DNA of 32,000 nt from Horticoccus luteus. GTDB lineage: Bacteria; Verrucomicrobiota; Verrucomicrobiia; Opitutales; Opitutaceae. The stretch lies in contig NZ_CP080507.1 in NCBI RefSeq assembly GCF_019464535.1, positions 1,170,001 to 1,202,000 of the forward strand, read 5' to 3'. Position numbers and translations under genes: made by a program. Of this stretch, positions 7,122 through 15,145 are shown one piece after another (the first letter of the stretch is position 1; each line of letters begins with the position of its first letter). Under the pieces are notes generated by a model that was not told the DNA's origin, ran no database searches, and saw nothing but the letters and a program-made list of their open reading frames with translations.

Positions 7122-8060
7122 TCAGGCGGACGCGCTATTGCCCGGCGCGTTGGCCGACGACGCACCGGCGACAGAGTGGTCGCCGCTGGCGGCGGTCGAT
7201 TCCGTGACGGCCGGTTGCGAGAAGGCGGCGTCGTTCTTGGCATGAACTTCCTCTTTGACGGCCTGGGAGGCGGCGGCGGCGACGCGTTTGCCGCGCTCCA
7301 ATACGTCGCGGCCCGCTTCGCGGGCGCGAGTCCGCAGGCGATCGGCCGTGGGGCCGGCGAGTTCTTTCATGCGGCGTGGCGTGGGCAGGGCGAGGCCGAT
7401 GGCGACTCCGGCGGCGAGGCAACCGAGGCCGAGCGCAAGCGGATGGTCTTCGGCCGTGTGCACCACGCCGTCGCGAGCTTTGCCGTAAATCGCCCGGCTG
7501 CGATCGGCGACGCGGGAGCCGATCTCCGTCGCGCGATCGCGGAGATGGGCGGCGCCTTCATAGAGGGCGTCTTTGGCACCGCTGGCTTTGGCGCGGAGCG
7601 CGCCGGCGGCGGCATGAAGTTTGCCTTCGGCGTCGGCGCCAGATTCATCCGTTTCAAAATCGGAATAGTCGGCGGAGCCGGAGGTGCCTTCTTGAAAGTA
7701 GCTGTAAGGAACCGGCGAGGAGTCATCGTCGTCGGAACGCGGAGAGGAGGAAGAATGATGCAGGCGGTTGTAAACCAGCCATGCCAAGCCGCCGCCGATG
7801 AGGAGCGCGGGAATGGGGTTTTCTTTCACGGTGGAAACGACCGCGTTTACGGCGGTGTTGGCGGTATCTTTGATTTTCTGGTTCATAGCACTTTCTCCGG
7901 AATGGTTTTTGGAACGGAAAAGACCAATGGCCTCGTCGAGTAGGTGTCGGCCATGCAAACGCGAGGTGAGCGCATCGATGGTGTCGTCCATCCGCTGACG
8001 CGTCTCGGCGATTTCTGCGCGGATGGCTTCGGGTTCCGAGGGGTCAGGCGACGGATTCAT
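7122..8060 (-). CDS. DUF3618-like membrane protein (third gene of the stress-type operon)
   Basis: Internal ATG at 8060: MNPSPDPSEPEAIRAEIAETRQRMDDTIDALTSRLHGRHLL matches the DUF3618 N-terminal pattern (..eIe.tR..l..T.daL..rl.p). Two predicted TM helices: NPIPALLIGGGLAWLVYNRL and HPLALGLGCLAAGVAIGLALP. It overlaps the upstream gene by 17 nt. The track's 8147 start would overlap by 104 nt and adds an R/K/P-rich stretch. Confidence 0.7.
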   Translation of the reverse strand: MNPSPDPSEPEAIRAEIAETRQRMDDTIDALTSRLHGRHLLDEAIGLFRSKNHSGESAMNQKIKDTANTAVNAVVSTVKENPIPALLIGGGLAWLVYNRLHHSSSSPRSDDDDSSPVPYSYFQEGTSGSADYSDFETDESGADAEGKLHAAAGALRAKASGAKDALYEGAAHLRDRATEIGSRVADRSRAIYGKARDGVVHTAEDHPLALGLGCLAAGVAIGLALPTPRRMKELAGPTADRLRTRAREAGRDVLERGKRVAAAASQAVKEEVHAKNDAAFSQPAVTESTAASGDHSVAGASSANAPGNSASA

Positions 8061-8490
8061 GCACGGAGTGAAGTTTGGCGCGGCCCCAGTTTTTGTTTTT
8101 CTCGAGCGACGCGAGGGTTTGCTCGGGCACGAGGGTGTCTTTGGCAAAGGCGTGCTTGGCGCGGGCGAGCATCACGGCGCCGACGATCGCAATGAGCAGA
8201 CCGACAACGGTGCGGCCGAGCCAGACGGCGACTTCCGGATCCATGCCGGTGTGCCTCAAGCCGAACGCAAGGAGGTCGCCGGCGCCGAGGAGGAGCACAA
8301 TCAAGCCGGCGTAAGCAATCATGCCGCCGACGGCGAGCTTGATGGCCTGGCCGGCCTTTTCGGAGAGCTTGTCGGTGATCTCCGCTTTGGCCAAAGCGAC
8401 TTCTTGCGAGAGGAGGGTCATGCCCTCGTCACGCAATTGCTGAAGCAGTTGGACGATGGAAGCCGGGTGGGGGTTGGTGTCGGGGTTCAT
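8044..8490 (-). CDS. Phage-holin-family / Holin-X (DUF1469, YqjE-like) membrane protein
   Basis: 148 aa: N-terminal amphipathic SIVQLLQQLRDEGMTLLSQEVALAKAEITDKLSEKAGQA, followed by two TM helices (AIKLAVGGMIAYAGLIVLLLGAGDLLAF; VWLGRTVVGLLIAIVGAVMLA). This is the layout I associate with DUF1469 'putative holin-X' proteins. It starts 11 nt after the upstream gene. Confidence 0.75.
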   Translation of the reverse strand: MNPDTNPHPASIVQLLQQLRDEGMTLLSQEVALAKAEITDKLSEKAGQAIKLAVGGMIAYAGLIVLLLGAGDLLAFGLRHTGMDPEVAVWLGRTVVGLLIAIVGAVMLARAKHAFAKDTLVPEQTLASLEKNKNWGRAKLHSVHESVA

Positions 8491-8501
8491 GACGGTCGAC
8501 C

Positions 8502-9092
8502 TTACATCGGAGGCGAAGCAGGGCCGCCGGGGTTGTCGGTGCGCGCGGTGCGGGGGGCATCGCCGTAGGGTGCCCAGCCGAGCGAGTCGGCGTCAGAGGC
8601 GCCGCTGCGGGGTTTGGGCGTCTCGCGAGCGGTGGCGGTCACCAGGTTGCCCACGACAAGGCCGGCGACGAAAAGGCCGCCGAAGAACACGATGGGATTG
8701 CGGCGAGCAAGGCCTTCCAAGTCGCTTTGGAGCTTAGAAAAATCGTTGGCGCGGAGGTAATCCGCGGCTTTTTGAATGCGATCGGCGACGGCGTGAGTGA
8801 CCCACGCAATGTTGGGATCTTCGTTTTCCATTTGCGCGGCGGTGGAATGCATCGCGGAGCCGTAAGCACCGACATGGCGGGCCGCGCGGTCCTTCTGCTC
8901 TTCGGCGAGATGCGCGGCTTGCTCCTTGGCCTGACGAGCGGCGGATTTCAGTTGTTCACCGGCGTCGCGGAGGAGGCCACCGGCGGCGTCTTTGAAGTCG
9001 GCGGCCTGGCCGCGTGGGCTTTCGGGGGAAGCGCCCCCGCCGGGCTCGGCATCGTGGCGGCGCAGGCTGGGAGAGATGTTCGGCAGGTTCAT
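8502..9092 (-). CDS. Hypothetical coiled-coil protein with a near-C-terminal membrane anchor (first gene of the stress-type operon)
   Basis: Internal ATG at 9092 preceded by GGAAAGAG. 196 aa: charged, helical N-terminal part (AADFKDAAGGLLRDAGEQLKSAARQAKEQAAHLAEEQKDRAARH...), then LARRNPIVFFGGLFVAGLVVGNLV (TM) and a Pro/Gly-rich tail. The track's longer version (start 9419) is R/S/P-rich and overlaps the divergent AKR start. Confidence 0.65.
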   Translation of the reverse strand: MNLPNISPSLRRHDAEPGGGASPESPRGQAADFKDAAGGLLRDAGEQLKSAARQAKEQAAHLAEEQKDRAARHVGAYGSAMHSTAAQMENEDPNIAWVTHAVADRIQKAADYLRANDFSKLQSDLEGLARRNPIVFFGGLFVAGLVVGNLVTATARETPKPRSGASDADSLGWAPYGDAPRTARTDNPGGPASPPM

Positions 9093-9417
9093 AGGCTCTT
9101 TCCAGAAGGTTGGGTTGAAGGTGCGGGAATCACGGTGGCCGGAGCTCGCGATTTCCTCGCGGCGCAAATGCGCGGAGAGAGGAAGTTGAAGAGCGCTGGA
9201 GCGTGGACGCCACTCTACCGCGAGAGTGGGCGCGCGGGTATCCGGAGCCTTCCGCGTTGAGCGGGTGTATTCGGCTGGCGACGGAGGCGGGGCGAAAGAG
9301 TAAGCGGTATGGGAAGGCGACCTATGCGCGCCACATCGTTTGCCGGAGAGACTTGCCCGCGGGTTCCGGGCGGGCGTGGATTTGACGCGTGCGCAGGGCT
9401 TCACATTATCAGCGCGC

Positions 9418-10284
9418 ATGAGCGCTCACGCCGATTTGGCTTTTCCGGATAGCACCGCGGGCTTGCGCGCGAATGCAGTGTTGAACAATGGCTACGTTTT
9501 GCCGTGGGTGGGGCTGGGCGTTTTTCAAATCAAGAGTGACGCGCAGACGGCGGCGGTGGTCCGGACGGCGATCGAGCAGGGTTACCGCGGGATCGATACG
9601 GCGTCGCTGTATGGCAACGAGCGCGGGGTCGGCGAGGCGGTGCGCAGCTGCGGCGTGCCGCGCGAGGAATTATTCGTTACCACCAAAGTCTGGAACGACG
9701 CGATGCGCGCGGACAAGGTGGCGGAGGCGTTTGAGGAAAGCATGCGCCGCCTCGGGCTGGAGTATCTCGATCTCTACCTGCTGCACTGGCCGATCAAAGG
9801 GCACATGGTTTCCTCTTGGCGCGCGTTGGAGACGTTGCACCGCACGGGGCGCGTGAAGGCGATTGGCGTGAGCAACTACATGATCGCGCACTTCGAAGAA
9901 TTGCTGCCGCACGTGGAAATAAAGCCGATGGTCAATCAGATCGAATATCATCCGTATCTCCAGAGTCCGGCGTTGATCGACTACTGCCAGACGCGTGGCA
10001 TTCAGGTGCAGGCGTGGAGTCCCTTGATGCAAGCGGGAGCATTGCTGCGCGATCGCACGCTGGTGGAGATCGGCGCGCGCCATGGGAAGAGCGCGGCGCA
10101 GGTGGTGCTGCGGTGGGACTTGCAGACGCGCGTGGCCACGATTCCGAAATCCGCCGATCCCAAGCGCATTGCCGAGAATGCCGATCTGTTCGACTTCGCG
10201 CTGGACGCGGACGAAATGGCGGCGATCGCGCGACTCGATCGTGGTCAGCGGTGCGGCGCCGACCCGCTTAACTTTCGCTTCTGA
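9418..10284 (+). CDS. Aldo/keto reductase (2,5-diketo-D-gluconate reductase-like, DkgA/YtbE type)
   Basis: VLNNGYVLPWVGLGVFQ, GYRGIDTASLYGNERGVGEA, LFVTTKVWN, LDLYLLHWP, AIGVSNY, NQIEYHPYL, IQVQAWSPL and ATIPKSADPKRIAENADLFDF are classical AKR motifs. ATG at 9418. Confidence 0.9.
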   Translation: MSAHADLAFPDSTAGLRANAVLNNGYVLPWVGLGVFQIKSDAQTAAVVRTAIEQGYRGIDTASLYGNERGVGEAVRSCGVPREELFVTTKVWNDAMRADKVAEAFEESMRRLGLEYLDLYLLHWPIKGHMVSSWRALETLHRTGRVKAIGVSNYMIAHFEELLPHVEIKPMVNQIEYHPYLQSPALIDYCQTRGIQVQAWSPLMQAGALLRDRTLVEIGARHGKSAAQVVLRWDLQTRVATIPKSADPKRIAENADLFDFALDADEMAAIARLDRGQRCGADPLNFRF

Positions 10285-10296
10285 TCAACGGGGCGT

Positions 10297-12075
10297 TCAA
10301 GACGTCGCGGTGCCGACGTCAGCGGCCTCGGCGTCGAAATCGCGTTGCGAGTCCACTTGAGCACGCCAGAGGCGGGCGTAGCGGCCGCCGGCGGCGACCA
10401 GTTCGTCATGCGTGCCGGATTCGGTGATACGGCCATGATCGAGGACGACGATGAAGTCGGCGCGACGCACGGTGGAGAGGCGGTGGGCGATGACGAGCGT
10501 GGTGCGATCCGCGACCAGCGTTTCGATGGCTGACTGAATGGCGGCTTCGGTGAGCGTGTCGACGCTGGCCGTGGCTTCATCGAGGACGACGATGGGCGGG
10601 TTTTTGAGAATGACGCGGGCGATGGTGAGGCGCTGTTTTTCGCCCTGCGAGAGGCGGATGCCGCGTTCGCCGACCCGCGTGTGCACGCCGTCGGGGAGGC
10701 GTTGCACGAAATCCCACGCGGCGGCGGCGCGGAGGGCGGCGGCGATTTGTTCTTCGCTGGCGGAGGGGGCGGCCAGCCGCAGGTTTTCGGCGATGGTGCC
10801 GTTGAAGAGAAACGGCTCCTGCGCGACGTAGCCGATGTGTTGCCGCAGTTCGTCGAGATCGAGTTCGCGCACATCGACGCCATCGAGCGTCAAACGTCCG
10901 GCGGTGACGTCGTAGTAGCGCAGCAGGAGATTCGCGAGGGTGGACTTCCCGGCGCCAGTGTGGCCGACCAGAGCGGTGACGCGACCGGCGGGGAGGGTGA
11001 GCGAGAAATCCGCGATGACGGGCGGGCGCTCCGGATAGGCATGGCTGACGTGTTCGTAGCGGACCTCGGGCACGCCGCGGGGAAAAGGCTTGGGGGCGAC
11101 GGGCGACGCGATGAGGACGGGATGATCGAGAATTTCCCACACGCGATCACTGGAGGCGCGCGCCGCAGAGAGCAGATTGTTGAGGTTGTTGAGCTGGCTG
11201 ACGGGTTGGTAGAGCAGCGAACAATACGCGAAGAACGCGATGAATGCGCCCAGCGAGAGTTGATGCTGCATCAGCAGCGAGCCGCCCACGCCGAGGACAG
11301 CGACGGCGCCGAGGCTGGAGATGAAGTTTGTGCCGGGGCCGTGCAGCGACCAGCGATACATGGCGCGAAGAGTGGCGTCGCGAAGGCGACCGGCGGCGGC
11401 GAGGAAGCGGCCGCGTTCACGGTTTTTCAGGGCGAAGGAACTGATGAGGCGGTTGCCTTGAATGTCTTCGATGAGCAATGCGTTCATATCGCCGGCGGCT
11501 TCGCGCGTGGCTTTCCACAATTTGCGGCCGGCGCGGAAATGAAGGCGGCCGAGGAGAAGGACGATGGGTAGTGGCGCGATCGTCAGCGCGGCGAGCATCG
11601 GTTGCTGAATGAAGAGGATGATCGCGATGCCGAGAATCGTGAGAATGCTGACGGTGCCCTGTTCCGTGCCATCGAGGAGGACGCGTTCGACGTTTTGCAC
11701 ATCTTCGATCACGCGGGAGGCGATTTCGCCGGATTGGCGTTGATCGTAGTAGGATACCGGGAGGTCGAGGAGCTTGGCGTGCAAGTCGCCGCGCAGGTCG
11801 ACGAGGATCTTTTGCTCGAGCGTGTTGTTGACGCGGATGCGCAGGGAATTGAGCGCATCGCGCATGAAATAGCAGGCAGTGAGGGCGGCGACGCCGGTCC
11901 ACAGCAAGTCCCGGCGGCCGGGGGCAATCACGTCGTCGACGATCCATTTGATCACCTGTGGAATCGCGATGAGGAAAAGGGTGCTCCCGATCGCGAGTGA
12001 GAGCGTGAGCGCGAAGAAGCCGCGATAGCGGAAAACGTAAGAGGAGACGCGGCGGACGGGTTGCATGCGGAGCAC
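10297..12075 (-). CDS. ABC transporter ATP-binding/permease fusion (MsbA-like type I exporter)
   Basis: An N-terminal 6-TM domain, then Walker A GHTGAGKST, signature LSQGEKQR and Walker B IVVLDEATS, plus the H-loop IAHRLST. The track start 12075 is a GTG; an ATG at 12066 (MQPVRRV...) is an equally plausible start. Confidence 0.9.
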   Translation of the reverse strand: MLRMQPVRRVSSYVFRYRGFFALTLSLAIGSTLFLIAIPQVIKWIVDDVIAPGRRDLLWTGVAALTACYFMRDALNSLRIRVNNTLEQKILVDLRGDLHAKLLDLPVSYYDQRQSGEIASRVIEDVQNVERVLLDGTEQGTVSILTILGIAIILFIQQPMLAALTIAPLPIVLLLGRLHFRAGRKLWKATREAAGDMNALLIEDIQGNRLISSFALKNRERGRFLAAAGRLRDATLRAMYRWSLHGPGTNFISSLGAVAVLGVGGSLLMQHQLSLGAFIAFFAYCSLLYQPVSQLNNLNNLLSAARASSDRVWEILDHPVLIASPVAPKPFPRGVPEVRYEHVSHAYPERPPVIADFSLTLPAGRVTALVGHTGAGKSTLANLLLRYYDVTAGRLTLDGVDVRELDLDELRQHIGYVAQEPFLFNGTIAENLRLAAPSASEEQIAAALRAAAAWDFVQRLPDGVHTRVGERGIRLSQGEKQRLTIARVILKNPPIVVLDEATASVDTLTEAAIQSAIETLVADRTTLVIAHRLSTVRRADFIVVLDHGRITESGTHDELVAAGGRYARLWRAQVDSQRDFDAEAADVGTATS

Positions 12076-12144
12076 GCACGAAGACGAGCTTCCGCGCGCG
12101 GGGCAACTGCGGGCGGGTGTTTGCGGGAACTGCGGCGCGCGAAA

Positions 12145-13074
12145 TTATTTCACGCCGCTGGCGAGAAGCGTTTCGAAAAACGGTTCGGTGGTCTCGTGGG
12201 CGACGGCGGCGACCGCAACTTTGACGAAGCCGGCCCGCTTTAAAAATTGGTGCAACGCGCTCTCTTTGAAACCGAGCCAAACGTCGGCGTAGAGTTCGCG
12301 TGCCTTGGCGAATTGATGCTCGTTCAGGTCGAGCACAAGGATCTGCCCACCGGGCCGGAGTATGCGATACGCCTCGGCCACGGCGGCTTGGGGATGCTGG
12401 GCGTGATGCAAGGCCTGGCTGAGAATCGCGAGATCGACCGAGGCGTCGGGCAGCGGGACGTTCTCAATGTCGCCGAGTTTGTAGGCGAGATTGGCGAGAC
12501 CGTTTTTCTTCGCGAGGGCGGTGCCGACTTCGACCATCCGGGGAGAGTTGTCGATGCACCAGACTTGTTGCGCGCGCTGCGCGAGCAGTTGTGAGATGAG
12601 GCCTTCCCCGGCGCCGAGGTCGGCAATCACGATGGCGGGCGTGATGCGCAACGCGAGGTGACCGATCGCTTCCCAGGAGCGGCCGGGGCAATAGTTTTTA
12701 CCGAGGCGCCCGGCGATGAGATTGAAATACTGCTCTGATACGCGGCGGCGTTTTTGGAGAATGCGATCCAGGTTGTCGTGGTCGTCCTGCAAGGCGGGCA
12801 ACTCCGCCACGGTGTCGATCGCGGCTTGCAGGAGAGCGGCGGGCTTGGGTGGCAGGGCGCGACGGAGGGAGTAGAAGGCGTTTTTCCCTTCCCGGCGGTC
12901 CGAGACGAGGCCGGCTTGGCGAAGCTGGGCGAGTTGTGACGAAATGCGGGACTGGCCCATGCCGAGGATTTCCTGGAGTTCCGCGACCGAGAGTTCTTCG
13001 CGCGCGAGAAGAGCCAGCAAGCGCAGGCGAGTGGGGTCGGACAGGGTTTTCAGTATGTCCCAGGGAGCGTTCAC
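12145..13074 (-). CDS. ArsR/SmtB-family HTH regulator fused to a class I SAM-dependent methyltransferase domain
   Basis: N-terminus LSDPTRLRLLALLAREELSVAELQEILGMGQSRISSQLAQLRQAGLVSDRREGKNAFYSL is an ArsR winged helix. C-terminal half has VIADLGAGEGLIS (SAM motif I), VWCIDNSPRM, LPDASVDLAILSQALHH and LRPGGQILVLD (Methyltransf_11-like). Confidence 0.9.
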   Translation of the reverse strand: MNAPWDILKTLSDPTRLRLLALLAREELSVAELQEILGMGQSRISSQLAQLRQAGLVSDRREGKNAFYSLRRALPPKPAALLQAAIDTVAELPALQDDHDNLDRILQKRRRVSEQYFNLIAGRLGKNYCPGRSWEAIGHLALRITPAIVIADLGAGEGLISQLLAQRAQQVWCIDNSPRMVEVGTALAKKNGLANLAYKLGDIENVPLPDASVDLAILSQALHHAQHPQAAVAEAYRILRPGGQILVLDLNEHQFAKARELYADVWLGFKESALHQFLKRAGFVKVAVAAVAHETTEPFFETLLASGVK

Positions 13075-13154
13075 GCGAGCGCAGGGTGAAAGGGCACCGC
13101 GCGGAACGCAATCGTGCAGCCGGGCAGGGCGGAGGCGGTCCGCAAGAGCGGGAA

Positions 13155-13184
13155 ACGAAAAACCCGCCTCAGGTGAGGCGGGTT
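13155..13184 (-). terminator. Rho-independent terminator after the long greA
   Basis: aacccgcctc (13161-13170) / loop aggt / gaggcgggtt (13175-13184). On the minus strand the 10-bp stem runs into tttttcgttt. Confidence 0.75.
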
Positions 13185-13218
13185 GAAGAAATGCGGGAAA
13201 GCGCGAACGGAAATTCGA

Positions 13219-15066
13219 TCAAGCTTTCTGATCGGCGTAGCGGCTGATGGAGACGACCGTATAGGTCTCTTCCGTCGCACCGGTCTTCACCGTCACGACG
13301 TCGCCGGGACGCTTGGTGAGCAAGGCAGCGCCGAGAGGCGTCTTGTAGGAGATCACGTGGTTTTCGGGATCGCTGTCCCACGCGCCGAGGATCGTGTAGC
13401 GGCCTTCCTGATTCGACGCCTGGCTGCGCACGGTGACAATGGTGCCGATGCTGATTTGATCGGTGGCGGAATCCTTGAAGTCGGTGACGCGGGCACGGCC
13501 GAGGTCGCGTTCCAAGAGAGTCTTTTGCGCCATGAGAACCTGCTGGTCCTGCTTGGCCATTTTGTATTCCGAGTTTTCCTTGAGATCGCCGTGCTCGCGG
13601 GCGGTGGCGATGGCCTTGGAGTTTTCCGGAATCTTTTTGGAGACGATGTTTTCGTATTCCTCGCGTTTGCGGTCGTAGCTGGCGCGGGAGACGAGCAGCT
13701 GCTCTTCCTTGCTCTCGGCGTCGGCGGCGACGAGCGACTGGATGTTCGGGAAAATCTTAATGAAACGGGCGAGGAGCGATTTTTTGGTGAGCTCTTCGAA
13801 GCCTTGGTTGAGCATCAAGGTATTCGCGAGATCGCGCGCAGTTTCGGGATCGGCGGTCGAGAGAAGATCGGCGATCAGCTCGGTGTCTTCACTGAGAATG
13901 TCGGCGAGCGGGATGCGGCGGGCGCTGGAGGCCTGCAGCGCTTCGTAATCGATGGCGAAGAAGATGGCGTTAAGCAGCCGCGGGGTGATGAGGTCGTTGA
14001 GCAGCTTGGCGAATTTCTTCGAGTGGCGGTTCTTGACGATCCAGAGGAGGACGGGCGCGCGAAGATTCTGCTCGGTTTGCCAGCGCTTGAGCGTCGCGGC
14101 GAGTTCGTCGGCGTAGCCGCTTTCCACGAGGAAATTAATGCACTCGGTGGTGAACTTGCCCTGGGAAGTCTTGAGCAAGGTGAAGAGGATTTCGCGGCTT
14201 TCGAGCGGATGCGTTTCCTTGATCAGCTCGAGGAAGTCGCGCTGGAAGGGCACCGGAATTTTTTCCGCGATGTCGGGCAAGTCGCGGACGTTCGCGATAA
14301 GTTCGGCCTGGGTCGGCGAGAAAACCTCGGTGGATCCCGTGGCTTTGGCGAGCAAGTCGCGAACGGACGCGCCGTAGAGGCGCTCCGCGGCATCGAGCTG
14401 GTTGCTGTCCTTGACGGAGTCCGCCACGCCTTGGAGGACGGCGGAAAAGTCGCTTTTGGCGGGTTGCTTGCCGATGTCGGTGACGAGCTCGTCCGCCAGG
14501 ATGATGCGGCGGCGGGCGGAGCGGGTGCCGGTGAACTGCTCGACGATTTCGTCTTCGGTCGAAACCGGAACTTCACGGAGCACGTAGCACTCGGTCTTTT
14601 TCTCGGGAACGGCGATGCGCGGGTCTTTCGCGACGGCCTTTTTGGCGCCGGACCACCATTTCTTGAACTTCTCTTCGCCGATCACTTGGGCGAGCGTGAT
14701 TTCGAGGTCGATGGCCGTGGTCGCGTGATTCGGATAGGCTTGGAGCGCCTCGACGATCAGTTGCGCCGGGTTGTTCGCGATCAGATCGGAAATCTTTTCC
14801 GATTCGGTCTCTTTGCGCACCATCAAGTGCTTCGCGGGCAGCACTTCGAGGGTGTTGACGCAAAAGGCGGGGTCCATCGACTGGCCCTGCTTGGTTTTGA
14901 AGTCGATGATGAGGCGTTGCGCGGCCTCATCGTAGTCCTTGATGCGTCCGAAACCCCAACTGCGATGAATGCAGTAGGCACCCGGCTCCATCGCCTCAAG
15001 TTTGGCTTTTGCCGTCTTGAGAGACGGGTTTTTGGCGATGAGTGCGGAAGCTGCTTCTGAATTCAT
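13219..15066 (-). CDS. greA: Long-form transcription elongation factor GreA (~615 aa; ~460-aa N-terminal extension + canonical GreA)
   Basis: The C-terminal ~155 aa are canonical GreA: ATAREHGDLKENSEYKMAKQDQQVLMAQKTLLERDLGRARV (acidic-tip coiled coil) and IGTIVTVRS...YTILGAWDSDPENHVISYKTPLGAALLTKRPGDVVTV. Start taken at the internal ATG 15066 (MNSEAASALIAKNP...); the track's extra 73 aa upstream are R/S-rich and overlap the divergent rsmB. Confidence 0.85.
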   Translation of the reverse strand: MNSEAASALIAKNPSLKTAKAKLEAMEPGAYCIHRSWGFGRIKDYDEAAQRLIIDFKTKQGQSMDPAFCVNTLEVLPAKHLMVRKETESEKISDLIANNPAQLIVEALQAYPNHATTAIDLEITLAQVIGEEKFKKWWSGAKKAVAKDPRIAVPEKKTECYVLREVPVSTEDEIVEQFTGTRSARRRIILADELVTDIGKQPAKSDFSAVLQGVADSVKDSNQLDAAERLYGASVRDLLAKATGSTEVFSPTQAELIANVRDLPDIAEKIPVPFQRDFLELIKETHPLESREILFTLLKTSQGKFTTECINFLVESGYADELAATLKRWQTEQNLRAPVLLWIVKNRHSKKFAKLLNDLITPRLLNAIFFAIDYEALQASSARRIPLADILSEDTELIADLLSTADPETARDLANTLMLNQGFEELTKKSLLARFIKIFPNIQSLVAADAESKEEQLLVSRASYDRKREEYENIVSKKIPENSKAIATAREHGDLKENSEYKMAKQDQQVLMAQKTLLERDLGRARVTDFKDSATDQISIGTIVTVRSQASNQEGRYTILGAWDSDPENHVISYKTPLGAALLTKRPGDVVTVKTGATEETYTVVSISRYADQKA

Positions 15067-15145
15067 GATTGCGAAAGTGAGGGCCTGAACGGGAAAGTTG
15101 AGCGGACAATCACCTGCATTGTCAAACCGTGTGTCACCGTCCGCT

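Noticed and set aside
7017-7943. 308-aa plus-strand ORF
   Set aside because: It is a G/R/A-rich antisense shadow of the DUF3618-like gene.
13183-15060. 625-aa plus-strand ORF
   Set aside because: It is an antisense shadow of the long greA (G/D/E/R/V-rich, no motifs). The minus-strand frame contains an unmistakable GreA domain.
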